From assembly GCA_003971905.1 (NCBI GenBank), contig RSEE01000056.1, positions 62,001 to 126,000 of the forward strand: DNA of 64,000 bases. The letters run 5' to 3'. The notes beneath the pieces were generated by a model that saw nothing but the letters and a program-made list of their open reading frames with translations, was not told the origin of the DNA and searched no databases. This document shows positions 12,341-26,900 of this stretch, piece by piece; position 1 is the first letter of the stretch; each line of letters begins with the position of its first letter. The DNA comes from Moniliella sp. 'wahieum'. Taxonomy: Eukaryota. The translations under genes were made by a program, and so were the position numbers.

Positions 12341-13392
12341 CCTCCCCTTCCCCCCCGAACCCTTTCCGCCCTTTCGTACCAGGGCCAGGCGAATGACATT
12401 TGGTCCCTTTGTAGTACACACCACGTACCCGGTACAGAGGCGCAGTAAGCCAATTACCTCTCTTCTGTATGGCAGCTCTTCGTTCCTTCGCTCCAGTATA
12501 CAGGGAGTATACAGTTTTACTTTATCCGCTCGGTGACGGTGAATCAACCCACCCCCCCCCCAAGTATAGATGGATGCAGAGATGGAACGTATACCTATTC
12601 CGTTGGGGAGGCGTGGGATAACCCGGGGTCTTGATGAGCTCATTGAGAGCTCATTATTGAGAGGTGATTGCGCGACAGAGAGATATATTACTCCACCAGA
12701 AACAAGGAACCAGGTACCTCTCGGCGTTCCAGCTGCAGCACGACCACTTTTGGTACATTGTCCTTCCCGCCGTTATAGATCTCTCACATCTCACATCTCA
12801 CATCTCTCGTTTCAGCGATACGATTAGGGCGTGTGGAGAACGAGCGAATCCAATCCTTCAATACGGTGCCACGTACTGAATAGAGAGAGGAACAGCACTA
12901 GGCACTGAGTGGACAGTGGACAGTGGACGAGGGCAAAGCAGGGTAAATATTACATCCCTCTGCATTCTTGTGCTGTACGTGCCTATATATATAGCTACTT
13001 TGGGTGGCACGTCTTTAGGTCCCAGTGCACTACCATGCATTTTGGCAATGCATCCGTACATCAGTCGCTGTCCTGTCCTGTCTGCCTTGTTTCGACATCG
13101 CATTGCAGGATCTTCAAGCTCCAAGCTCCAAGCTTCAGCTCGCGGAATTCGGGGCGAGGCCGCGGCGATGCACCTCGCTTGAGCCCCTCTCTCTGTTGCG
13201 AATCCCCTCGGCCTGGAGGCTGACGCTGAAGCACAGCACTCGATCCGGTTGCTGGGTCCGGTTTGAATTCGAAACCACAGTAAGAGATGGTCAGAGCAAG
13301 GGCAACACACACATATATCTTCGGCTCACTAGTTGCCGTAGCTAGCCGAAGATGTGTTACAAAAGGTAAAGTACGCCCGCACTATCCAAACA

Positions 13393-13502
13393 GGCGAGAT
13401 AGCGAAGTGGTCTAACGCGCTGTGTTAAGGAGTTCCATTGGGATTTGATGGACACTGAAACCGCAGTCCTCCGGGGCGTGGGTTCGAATCCCACTCTCGT
13501 CA
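13393..13502 (+). tRNA. tRNA-Leu(AAG) with 30-nt intron (13431-13460)
   Basis: Acceptor GGCGAGA/TCTCGTC, D loop AAGTGGTCTAA, stem CTGTG/CGCAG, loop TT-AAG-G, long variable arm TCCTCCGGGGC, GTGGG-TTCGAAT-CCCAC; T-rich terminator follows. Confidence 0.93.
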
Positions 13503-13955
13503 CTTTTTCTTTTGTTTTTTTCAGCGATGCCATTTAAACCAAGGCCTAAGGGTCTCAGGTGGATCATCGATCAGAGGATCGATCAGCCCAGTGCCTGTGC
13601 CGCTATTGTGTTGCCATGCATCCAGGCAGGCAGGCCATGGGAGGATGTTGTGTGCACATGCCAATCACGATGGCGTCCCGACCACCACCGCTTCTTGGCA
13701 TTCACTCTCGCCATCTATCTAATACTTCCGAAACCACGCGCCGACTACGCGGGCGCTAGTTGTGGCCGACCCTCTGTGCCCAGCAACGCGCCAATGGCTA
13801 CGAGAATGCTACCTTCAAGATGAACAAGTGGAGGGGGGGTAGAGGGTAGAGATCTCAATGAAAGTGTAAGTTAAGTTAAGTGTAAGTCCAAGGCCAGCAT
13901 GCATGCATCCGCGACGAAACCTCGCTGGCAAAACCACAGAAAAAAAAGGGTTAGG

Positions 13956-14906
<951 letters not shown>

Positions 14907-17489
14907 TCTCCCAACGTCTTGACAATTGCAAACTGCCGGCAGGTGGTGGAAGGGACGCGTGCTTAGCGCGTAGCCTTCGCGTCTACCTGGGTTGGGTTTT
15001 GCATGCACACGACAGTGGGGTGATCGATGACCAGTGACATGTGACATGTGACAGGTGACTGGGCACGCGAATGCGCTAATGCATGCTCAGAGATCGGCAT
15101 GGCACGCCCGTGTCGTGTCGCACATGACGCGTGACGCATGACGTAACTGGCACTAGGTCACTAGGCCACTAGGCCCCCCCGAGGTAGGCGTCAGCACATG
15201 ATATGTACATGCGCTGTGAAGGCAACAACGGCCTCTTGGCGCAGCGGTAGCGCGTGAGATTCCAGTTTGTCCTGGCTTCCTCAAGGTCATCCGTTCAAAT
15301 CGGGTAGGGTCATTCCTTTTTATTTTTTTTTTTGGCTCATCCGTACGTTCACAGTGGGCTGATGCATCTGATGCTTCGAACCCCACGTCAATCCAGATCC
15401 AGATTTCGCCACTGGACAACGCCGCAGCTAGGAAGAAAACGCTCCGTTCACCATGTTCACCAACTAGGGTGTCCATGCAGCCATTGCAGCCATTGCAGCC
15501 ATCCCTCGCACCGACAAGGACGTCGACCATGCAGGGCGCCTTTTTTGGTACTGATTGTGACGCACGCCCCAGACAGAGGTCGTCTCGTTTCCAATTCCAA
15601 TTTGGGCGTGCGGCACCACGATGCATACGTCGGTTGCACGCGGTGGGAAGATTAGCGTGCATGTATATCCTTCGCTGTTCCACACCCAAGACTGGGGATT
15701 CAGTGCGAGCGGATACGATTCCGAACGTGGGTGGTACACATGGGACATGAGAGCGATACAATACATCTTCCTGTGTGACACTAGATTCTTCTTCAAGGGC
15801 TTCCAAATACTCACACATGGCTTAAGGTGGTGGCCGTTTTGGCGGCGTGGTCACACTCCGCGTGTCGTATGTCATGGCCTCAGTATAAAGGTGGTGGTAC
15901 AACCCTTCTCGCCAAAGTGACCCTTATTAGTCCCATACACACTTTTTGGCCACCTTGGTACTACGCGCGTACTCAAGTACGCCGTTTTTGCTCCATCACG
16001 GCGCAGTCTGATGGGAACCAAACCGGATCTGAAGAGGACTCCTTGGTAATTCCCCGCAGGGGTATAGGTCTCTCTCTCCCGATGTGCAACACTGGAATCG
16101 CTTTGTTCCAAGTATATACCCCTCCATCTTATCTTGACTGGCTACGAGATCTTCTTGGCCCACTCCAACGAGCCGGTTGCAGAGGAAGAACACAAATCGT
16201 ATAGCAGACAGGAAATTGAAGATCAGGCGTGCAAACTACCGGATGACAACGGGACTAGGACAACGTTTGACCAGCCCGGAGAGAGGGACCATTGCCCACC
16301 TCGAGGGACTCAGTCGGGAGCACAGAACGATAAGATCATAGGCTCGGGATAGCACAGCTGTGCACCAGAACCGTCGGCGTCGATGGAATAATGTAGGAAA
16401 AGATCTATGGGAAACGTCAGCAGCAGATTGGTAACAACAACCCAACTAATGTAGTACCAGTAGGGAGACGTATATCCACACGAGACCTATTCTACCCGTT
16501 TTGACGATGAGGAATGCGGAAGAATGAGGACACAAGGATACTGTACCTCACAAGCTTTATTGAAATGCCACCGAGAAGACCACATGTTCTCCCATTATTG
16601 GATTAACCTAGCGAACGAGCCGCGTTTAGTTAGTGGGGACGATTCAATATTCATCGATCATCGTTCCCAGACCCACCATGTCCATATTCATCTCATCCGT
16701 TTCCATTGGTGGTTCATCGCAGTAGCTGTGTCATACTCATATGTCATGAGCGCTTAGAAAGGACCCCAGTGGAGGATCAATGTATGATGATCAGAATGAT
16801 GCATGGGTGCTACCGAGGACTGAGGTACTGATGTGCCAGCGGCGAAACGTCGTCGGATCCCTTTCTCACACCTGGTCATTGGTTCGTCTGGGATATTTCT
16901 CATGGGATTTATACTGACTGAACCATGACACATACGACGGTAGGACGCACCGCTGTGCACACCGGATGGGCTCAGCGCCGTGAGGTGCATGAGGCTAAGT
17001 CCTCTAGAGCTTCGCCACTTCGCCACAGCGATTCTGCCCTCACGTGCATCAGCGCTGCTCAGCTGATACCAAAAAACGCTGAACCGAGACGAGATGAGGT
17101 GAATATTGAATGGACTGGGGGGGGACACTCAGGACTCAGGCTAAGCTGCTGAGCTGCTGAACGAGCCCGAGTCGCTCTCCAAGATCCAACCTCCGGTCCT
17201 GCATCCTGCATCCTGCGGGAACGCCATGCTCGGCCCTTGGCGCTCACATATGTCTGTCACAACTGCTCAGTCGCCTGGGTGGCTCTCACGCGCTCACGTG
17301 CTACGTTGAAAGGTCCATAGTTCTCTGTTCCCTGTTCTCTGTTCCATGTTCCATTTTACACCGCCCAAAGCACCGAGGCCTTGGTACATTCTGTACTCAT
17401 CGGTGTATACTCAAATCTGAGTTACTCAGATCGATCACAGTTCCCGGCTGGACATTTTCCCACGCCGCACGTGGCCCCCGCCGCTGCTT

Positions 17490-17610
17490 GCTTCAAGGCT
17501 TCAAAGCTTCAAGCTTCAAGCTAGTTGTAAGCTTGTCGATCGATCAAGCTCTTCAAGCTTGACTTCAAGCTTCAAGTTCTTCGAGCTCCAAGCTCCAAGC
17601 TCCAAGCTTC
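17490..17610. repeat. Degenerate heptamer repeat (CTTCAAG/CTCCAAG)n
   Basis: More than ten copies read directly; shorter arrays of the same unit near 13113 and 38135. Confidence 0.85.
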
Positions 17611-19598
17611 TGTTTGAGTCGTGTACTTCCAGTCTCAGAGCGGTTGACAGCAAACCCTAGGCCAGCTCAACGTTTGAACGTTGGACGCTGAATGGATCGT
17701 ATGTACATGATCGACCGATGAACCATGCCATCAACTCGATGAAATACATTCTTTTCCGCGGTGCCATCGACCATCCATCATCGGCATCTCATCCTGTGTG
17801 GCATCTGGATCCGACTGCTCGTCTGGAGGGCCAAAGCCAAAGCGAAACAGCTGCCAAACAGCTTGCCAAACACAGCCGGCCCTGTTTGCCGGCTTGCCCT
17901 AGCCGTGCGCTCCAGCCACCTGTCGCAGTTGTGTTGCCATCCGTCGTTCTCCAAGCCTTGGCCTGAGGCTTGAGACTCAGGCTTAGGGCCTGGGGCCCTG
18001 GAGTGGCTGGCAGCTGACAGTTGGCCGTGGCAGGTGGCCGCTAGTTGCCGGTGCAGGATGCAAGATGCCCGTAACGGCGTAACGCGTAACCGGTAACCAG
18101 TGCCGTCGTAGAACGTAGAACCCAGACAGCCTTCCCCATTGGCCATTTGCAATGCCCCTTAGCCCCTTAGCCCCTAGCCACTCGCCACTGTCAGCGTGGG
18201 CTGGGGTACCCTTTGTTTCAAGCCAACGGCCACCGGCTACGACAGCCGACAGCCGAGCGAAGCGTGAGATTCTGCCATGTCAGCGTCAGCACTGGACATG
18301 TCAGCACGAAACCCGCCGCTCACGCTCAGGCCTCAGGCGCTCCGATCACCGGCAGCTCACGCCCGGGAACTAAAAAAGTATCCGGCTGGCAGTTGCAACG
18401 CTACTAGCTACTGGCCCATTCCCCCATTGTGCTGCGGTGCTCGATCCGAAGCGTCAAGCTTCAAGACGGGCTCAGTCGCTCCGATCGATCCGATGAAGAC
18501 CTGGCAACGGCGTTTGAAATTGGACATGGCACATCTCAGCATCTGCATCGACCATGGGTGGTCGATGGTCCCATGGTCCCAGGTGCTGGTCGGCTTTGGG
18601 GTAGTGCTCTATAGGCCGTAACTTCCACCGATCACTTGGATCAGGTGGTAATTGTTCAATGTTCAATGTTCACTTATTCAAGCGTCCAAGCGTTCCTGGC
18701 CAGCGGGTACCCATGGCCTCGCAGGGCACAGCGCCACCGCATCATGCATCCGCATCCGCATCCGCATGCATGCACGACCACTCAGCCCGAGCACACTCGG
18801 CGGCTGCCTCCGCCGCTGAGTCCATCCGCCGCAAGCCGCACCTCAAACGTTCAACGTTCAGATTCAGACAGGCATACCACACACCCGCCAGCCTCCCGCC
18901 GGAGCCGCCATGTCGCGGCAGACACGCCACGTTCCCATGCTGGCCTGCTGCACGCCCCGTGCAGCGCAGCACGGCAGGCGCCGTGCCCAAATCAAATTAT
19001 GCTTTCGCCCAGTGCCCCGTGCCTGTCCGCCGGTACATAGGCCGTATGCGCCGTGCAGCTTGCAGTGCATGCCACATGTCGCGTGTCAAGGTCACCGGTC
19101 ACCGTTCACCAGGTCACTACCGCATGCACTATCGTCATTGCCATCACCCATCCGCATCACCCACCCGCGGCCCGGATCGAGTGCCGCTGCTGCGATCCCA
19201 CTGGGTTCCGGCTCGATGCCTGATGCGTATGACCGCTGACCAAGCCAGCACGCACCAGCACACACTGCTTGGGCGCGGGCGGGCAGCAGGTAGGATGCAG
19301 CATGGGTGGGGCGCGGGGCCAGTGTCGCGGCGGCACACTGTCCCGCTGCGCGTGCGGCGGCAGGACGCAGGCCGGCGAGGCCGAGAGGATGGGTGAGGGC
19401 GGAGGTGCGACGGGTGATATGCCCGGGCGTGCGCTGGCTGGCTGGGCGCCGCACTTTTTTGGGCCAATGCGCGGGGGCACTCTACGGGTGCGGTCTAGCG
19501 TCTAGCAGCCAGTCCGTCCGTCCCGCCCCATTCCGTCCCCCGCCACCACCACCACCACCCCACCACCACTTCCTAACCACCCTCCCCCCCCCCGGGCG

Positions 19599-21903
19599 AT
19601 GCCGACGCCCATCCCCATCCACGCCGGCTCGTCCGGCTCTGGCGCCAGCCCCTCCGACCATGCGTACCCCAACCTCCCCGACGGCCCGCGCGCTCGCTCT
19701 TTGGCTCCTCCCTCACCACCCCCATGAGCTTTGGCGCCGGCTCCCTCGCCGGCTCCTTTGCGCCCATGTCCATCACCAACAACTCCTACGGCCGCTCCCC
19801 CTTCGCGGGCGGCCAGTCCTTCCGCTTCTACGCCGCCGGCACCTCCGCCTCCTCCTGGCGCGGCGGCACCGCTTTTGGCGGCGCTGGCATGTCGTACGGC
19901 CGCGACAGCACGATGGAGTACGTGTGCTTGTGCTTGCGTTGGTTGCTGCTCTTGCTGCCCCCCCCCCCCCCCCCCCCAGACCAAACTAACCTACTCTCCC
20001 TCTCCCTCTCGTTCACAGCCCCTTTGACCCCCACATGTCCAAGTTCGGCACCTCCATCGGCTCGGACCACGCCGGCCTCGCCCCGGGATCGCTGCGCCCC
20101 AACCAGCTCGAATCCACCTTCTGCCGCAACTTCACCTGCTGCGGCTTGGACCTCCCCGACCTCCACGACTTGCTCCAGCACTACGAAGAGCAACACGTCC
20201 GTCTCGACGATGCCGAGGACGCTCCTCCACCGGGCATGGTCCATGACGATGGCAGTTCCGAACAATCTTCCAATTCGTCCAACCCCTCCAGCCCAGCTGC
20301 TGCTGCTGCTGCCGCGGCAGCCGCAGCCGCAGCGGCGGCGCAGGCCCATGTTCAGACAAACGGTGTCCGGCCCTTGTCTGCCAACGCTGCTGCGCTCGCT
20401 GCGGTCAACCAACGGAAACGTGCGATGAACGCATTCCACAACCCTGCGTCTTCCTCGACAGCCTCCCCACTCGGCGGGCTGCAAAGTTCCTTGAGGCATC
20501 TCTCTACTCCGCGTCGCTCTGGCTCTCCCTTTGCCGGTGCCGTGCCGGAGGAGACATCGGGACTGGATCCCCTGCTTGGCACGCAGAGTGCTACTTCGGG
20601 ACTGGGCGCGTTGACCCTCCGCCCTCAGACGCAGGAGGACCATGGTCTGCCTTCTGTGCGCCGCCCAACTTTTTTTCCCGCGACTGGTGGTGGTGGTGCC
20701 TCGGCGCAGGGTGCGGCAGCAGGCTTGCCTCCTCCTACCCCTTCTACCGTCCCCGGTACGCCCCATTCGCGCGCGGCGACGCCCAAGCCACCTTCGCTCC
20801 AGCCGGGCGGATCGCAGCGCGCCAGTCCGTCCGCCGAGACTCCCAAGTTTGATACCAAAACCGTCATTGTCACCCCAGGCAATGTGGACAAACCGTACAA
20901 GTGCCCTTCGCCCGGGTGCGACAAGGCGTACAAGCAGATGAACGGTCTCAAGTACCACCGTGTCCATGGCCACTGCAACCAAAACCTCTTGGCGCCCTCG
21001 GCTGCTGCCTCGGGCACCTCGGCACCCCGACCCCACAAGGTCCTACCTCACCCCTCATGCTTCCCCTGGCCTCGCTCACCCGGGTCCTATCCCGGCCCCA
21101 GGCCACCCCCCAGGCACCATGAACTTGATCCAACGTCCTCTGTTTGGAGCTACCGCTCCTCCATCACAACTACCACCCCGGCTAACGTACTGGCCACCAC
21201 CACCACTTCCACCACTAACTCCGTCGGTGCCCCGGCCCGTCCCTCGGCTCCCTCTCAGCTACCGCCGACCCGGCGAACGCCAACCCGAACGCCAACCCGG
21301 CCGGGCCACCGTCGATGCTCTCGGTCCCACTGGGCTTGCCGCACGCGCACGGCGGGATGAACGCCGGTTCGCAGGTGGGCCAAGGAGGGTTTTTCGGCCC
21401 GCTAGCGTCGGGCGGAACGGTGGGACCTTCCGTGCCAGGCATGAGCGGCGTACCATTGGACGCGCGGTCGCTGTACGTGTGCCAGGTAGGCACGTGTGGT
21501 AAAACGTACAAGAACTTAATGGGTTGCGGTACCATTACCTTCACTCTGGCTCGCATGGTTTGTTGGGACTGCAAGTGTTGCATGCTCATGGTGGTGGCAG
21601 TTCGGCCAAAATGGGCTTGGATGGTAAAGCTATCGTGTCCACCGCAACGCTTGCCCCGGAAGAAGTCGCTCGTGCAGCCCGTTTGGCCGCGGAGATGCAG
21701 GCTAAAAAGGCTCATGTTACCCAGCGCACCGTGGAGATGATCCAGGCGCAGGCGTTGGCCGGTGGAGGGCCAGGTCACAATCATAAACAGGCTCAGGAAA
21801 TGCAGGCCATCGTCGATGCGGATACTGCGCTCAGTTTGATCATGATCAGGATCAGGATCGCGATCATGAAATGGCCCTCGATGCGATGGACACTGATCTT
21901 TGA
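19599..21903 (+). CDS. SFP1: Sfp1-like C2H2 zinc-finger transcription factor; intron 19918-20018; frameshifted
   Basis: LESTFCRNFTCCGLDLPDLHDLLQHYEEQH (Sfp1 N-terminal motif), split fingers DKPYKCPSPGCDKAYKQMNGLKYHRVHGHCN and YVCQVGTCGKTYKNL.GLRYHYLHS; start is either 19599 or 19724. Confidence 0.9.
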
Positions 21904-23115
21904 TTCTTTTCTTGGATGTTCGCATCCCTCCCTAGAGATCGCGGCTCGGACGCTTCGGGTTCGTGTCCTACGTCGGTCGGTCGCCCAGAGTCCGCTCTCC
22001 TCTCTACTGCTTTGCTGTGCTCGGCTTTGCTCTGCTCTTCTCTGCTCGCTTCTCCGCCTCGGCTCTGTTTTTTTTTCATTTCCCTTTCCTTTTCCTTTCA
22101 TTTCGCTCACATCTCTCTCTTCCCCATCTGCCTGCCTCCCCGCTTCCCCGCTTCCCCGCTTCCCCACCTTATCTCCCTTCGCTGCTCACCAGGCTGCCGT
22201 GTGTGTAATTTGTATCCGTGTTGCGACTCTTGCCTGGACCCCGTCGCGTGACGCGTACACTCCGTAGCATAGCCCCTTTTGCTTCTCTTGTCTTGCCATT
22301 GCCATGCAAACACCCGTCGCGGTCCCCGTACGTCACGAATGGACCTACCCGTCACAGTCGTGTGCCACACATCCTCCGCTTCGAGTGTCACGCACGCACA
22401 CTAGGTACGTAACCGTACCGCACTAAACCTGTAGTAGCTGTCAGGCCCCTGCCGCTCGTTTCCCATGTCCCATTTCCCATTTCCAAGTCCCATTCCCAGC
22501 CCACACAGTCCACTCTAGTCTCATCAGTCTGATCAGTCTGATACCGTCCGTCCGTCCATCACGCAGGCCTTCCCTCCCCTCCCCTCCCAATCACATTCAC
22601 ATTCACCTCTCATCATGTAGCCGTTTTGCAGTGCACCGAACCGAATGCCCCCCCCCCCCGGCCCCCCTGGTATCGTTGTCAGTTGCACTTGCACTTGCAC
22701 TTACCGACCCGACCAACCCACGCACATCTCCCATACCCCCATCGCTCCCATTCGGCGCACGCGACCGGATATATCTGGTACCAGGTCTGGGCGTTCAGAC
22801 AAGGTGCACGGTGCGCACCACACCTGACAGTGCGTCCGTACGGGATACGTCACTCGCCTTACCCACCGCACGCCTTTTTTTCCTTCTTGCTCGACCGTCG
22901 GGCGATGAGTGCTACGTTTTGGTCCGATACGTGACCCTGACCAAGACGCTGGCCGCCCGTATCGATCACCAGTTGGCTTGCTTCACACACCGCGGTCGAC
23001 CCAGCTCGAACAGCTTACACCTACCGTCTCGCTGCCATACGAACTGAGGATGGGCAAGCCTTGCGCCGTAACCCCTTGAACCCCACCGTTGAGCGTTACA
23101 CGGCAGGCACACTGG

Positions 23116-23986
23116 TGTCACTGGCGGGCCGGGCCCCACCAGGGAACTCACCCAAGTTTGGGGGATACATCTGTACAATCCCTTAGACTAGGAGACGCAA
23201 GGACGACGGACGGTAGGTTCACGCTTGGGGGTGATGGGTTGGAGCGGAGCTAGGCACGAGAAGTGAGAGGTCTTTGAGCACGAAGCCGAGAGCCGGTTGC
23301 ATGTGTCGTGTGCCAAAAGGTTGTGTATATTATACAGTGGCACCGGCTTATTGGGTCGTAGCAAAACATGTCTGAAGCCTCTGGGGCTTGGGGACGCGTA
23401 GAGGCTGTGGAGGACAAACGCTTCCAGAAACGAGAGGCTGAACAGCAGCGGCTACCGACGTGCCTGGGAACAGAACTCGCGCGATAAGCTGTTACGGGAA
23501 CTCGACGCGGCTGAAGCAAGGTTCGCGCGACTGGGCGGATGGAAAGCTGAGGGACGAGAATGGAAGGTGGGGAAAAAGTAAAAGATCCCCACCCACCAAA
23601 TCGTACAGGCTAGATTAAAAGGGAAATCGGACACCGTAATAGGTGTGTAGAAAAGACTTCATGCCAACACATATGGTTTGGTTGCCGCAAGCACTTGTGG
23701 ACGGGGACACAGTCGTCGCAAAGATACAGAAACCTTGTTGGGGACCTCACTTAGGCCAACCGACTTGGACGGGAGCGGGAGGAGGCGACTATTGTCGCGC
23801 GGAGGCGTACCCCCTTCGGGCCACCGTACATGGTTGAACCGTCCATCCATCATCAAACTATCAAACTTGGTTGGACTTCGGAGTGCACTCTACCTGCTAC
23901 CTGATGGGCACAGTGTGCAGAGCAAGAGCAGCTGGGCCGTATAGCTTGGATCAGACCATCTCAGATCAAACGTAGCCCGTATCACA
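23116..23986 (+). mobile_element. Solo LTR, same family, copy 2 (diverged)
   Basis: Starts TGTCAC; shares GTACAATCCCTTAG, GAGCGGAGCTAGG, GGACGAGAATGGAAGGTGGGGAAAA, TTAGGCC..CCGACTTGGAC, GGCGACTATTGTCGCGCGGAG and terminal GACCATCTC...AGCCCGT with 7917-8762, in the same order. Confidence 0.8.
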
Positions 23987-26900
23987 CAGGAAGCAATGTG
24001 GGGGCATGCTGACAGATCGTGGCAGTGGTCAGTGGTCAGTGACCAGGTGCTCCTGCGCGGCAAGCACGGCCCAGGTCGGAGAGATTGCAGGCGGACGTCG
24101 GGCACTGCGTCACCAAGGGTCGGTTGGGCTCTCGATCATCGATCATCTCTTTGGTCCGAAGGTCGTTGAGTACGTACGTAGTTCGTCGGTCTGCCGCTGC
24201 TGGGGCCTCCGACTCTCTCGTCTGTCAAAGATCTCCTGGCAAGCTCTTCTGATGTCCCCCTGTAGAACCAGTCTTATCATCTCGTCTCTTTCTCGCCGAA
24301 CCCACGGACCGTTTTGGCTCGTCTTTCCGTCAGGCAGCTGGCGCACCGACTACGGCAGGTAAACAAGGCACTGGTTGTTGCGTTTGCGTTCGTGTTCAGT
24401 TCCCAGTGTCACAGGAGACGTGTCGAGCCTGCTACTCTTCCAGATGACCGTCGAAGAGGTCACGAGGTCATCATAAAGAGAGAAAAAGAAGGAGGCCATA
24501 ATGGTGCCGTCGCAGCTGCGGTTAAGATCATCTGTACTGGCATAACTTCATCGAAAAAGTGGCGCAGGCGTACTATACAGATACGGTTGCACCCGGGTCA
24601 TGGGTGTACGAGCGATACACCACATCTTCAGAGAGATTACGGTCTGTCATCATCTCGTTCTTCCCGTGGAACAACTCTTTTCGACGGTCAAGGTGCCGCA
24701 GTGTCATCCTCGCCACACGCCATGTTGTCTTCATTGTGTGCGGGTGATAACGGACCCTGGACGAGCACCTGCATGTCATGTGCCATTCTTTTCCCAATTG
24801 CATTTCACCTTGAAGGAATTCAAATATACCATCTCCTGACTAGTATTAGGTGTTCCCCGATTCCAGATGCCTCGACGTCTGGTGTACCAAGTTTTCATGG
24901 GGCCCCTCCACCCCACCCCCCTGAATCTCCCTTTTGTTCCCGCGCCCCCAAATACATAGTCCAACTTCATCCCAAATGTCAACCAATGGCCCTATCAAAA
25001 CCTGAGTAGCCATTCCACATTGGCCGCTTCCCCAGTCCACGTGTCTTTGTCTCCCTCAACCGCCTTTGAGGACGACTTGAGCCCAGAATTGAGCCTCGTG
25101 AGGTTGAGGGGTTTCACTCCCCTCCTTACCCTAGCGCGTAATTTCTACCTAATCGGTGTCGGTGCTGACCAGCATGTGAAACTGGACTTACTTGTCGATC
25201 AGGCCATAGGGTTCGTAGCAGCCTCACAAAAGTTTAGGAGAATAAAGTGTAATTGAACATACGGCAACGCTCTGTCGGCCTCGCTACTACCACATAATGT
25301 GAGCACTGAACGTCGTATTGGACTAAGAAGCTTCTGCGACTGACTCGTTCAGAAGACTGGTGCGAGCTCGGAAGGAATGAAAACTGACTCACGTGACTCA
25401 GGGTCCGCGCGGTCCTAGGACGGAAACACGCTCAATCCAGTTCGATACATGGTCCGAATAAGATCAATTCTCCCTTCTCATAGGCTGTCTGTTTTGTATC
25501 TTGAACTACCATGGAGTATGCTTTTCGGCAGAGGGAGGGCAATCCACCCAGAAACTTATCCTCATGTCATTCACAGCCTTTATGTTATCGGTGTCTATGT
25601 GCATAAAATCCTTGAAGGTACCTTTTTACTTTGATTCCGCTGAAATCCCTAAGGTGTTGAAGTAACGGGAATCATAAGGCACCATACAATATTGGCGTAA
25701 CCGGAGATGTAATTTTTTCATACATCCCAAGGGTCTGACTGCGTTGCGACTCACATCCTTTGGGGCTAACGAACGCGAGCATATCTTCCATGCTGCTTCC
25801 CCATTTGGACTGCCTCGGCTGAAACTATGCATTTTGGGAGGTGTGCAGAACCACCAGCTGCGAGAGAGGGTAATACTGCCAAACATGTTTATGCCTCCTG
25901 CCTCTGTTCCTTCATCATGCCCAAGAGCTGCTGCAGATTGGTTGGCATATCAGGCTTCATGTTAAGGCATCCAGCCCATTTGCACGAAATGCAATTTCCC
26001 TCGATGTTTTCCTGCAGGATGAGGATCAAGTCTCATGCTTTTCTCTCAAAAGAATCTCATCCGTCCGGATAGAAATGTAGTTTCCAATACGAGAGCATAA
26101 CATGCCCATTGCGCACCCCTGTGTTACTTCTGCCAACAAATGTGCGAGCCGAAGATCGGTCATGATGCTTTGTAAGCTCAGTTAGACACTAGAATGTAAA
26201 ACGGAATGGCAGATATGTATCCCCCGGCTGGGGTGATATGTTCTGCCATCCTATTTTCTTTCACTTGTGCGCTCACCTCAGAGAGTCAGTCTCCTCCGAA
26301 TCTCCTCACTGCCCGCTCAGACGCAGCCGCAATGTTGGAGTGGTGTGTAACATGTGCTCGGAATTTGGTTGCAATCATGTCCTTGCTGCTAGAATGCGAC
26401 TTGGGACTACTCACGATCCTATGGAGATCAGGTGCACAGACACCTACGGACAAGGCGTGAAGGCAAGGCGGTGGCCCACAAGTCTTCAAGCACCGTCTGA
26501 AGGGAAGGAGAAAGGAAAGGAAGAGGGTGCTAGGAGGGCGCGCGCGGCCTGCAAGCGCAACTCTTCCGCCCGGCTACTAAGCGAACGTCACTGATCCATT
26601 GAGGAGGGCCGTGCAGTGGAATCCTAGCACTGCTTTGAGGTAAGAAAGTTGGGTGCAGTTGGTCCTACAACAAAGTTTTGATAGCCATCATTTCGCTGTT
26701 GCCTGTTTCTTGACAGGTCCAGTGTGCTGTCGTATGTACCAAGACGTTTCGCGCATTGACGCTTCACCACCGATGTAGGGCTGTATGGGCCAAACGAGTC
26801 GGGTGCTGTGATCACAATACGTCACAGATTCGACGATTTTTTTGTATGAGCGGCACTGAGTCTACAGCTTTGTGGGCCAATGCGGTAGTTTTCTGATTCT

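Noticed and set aside
12628..12700. Box C/D snoRNA starting at TGATGA
   Set aside because: No suitably placed CTGA box D or terminal stem
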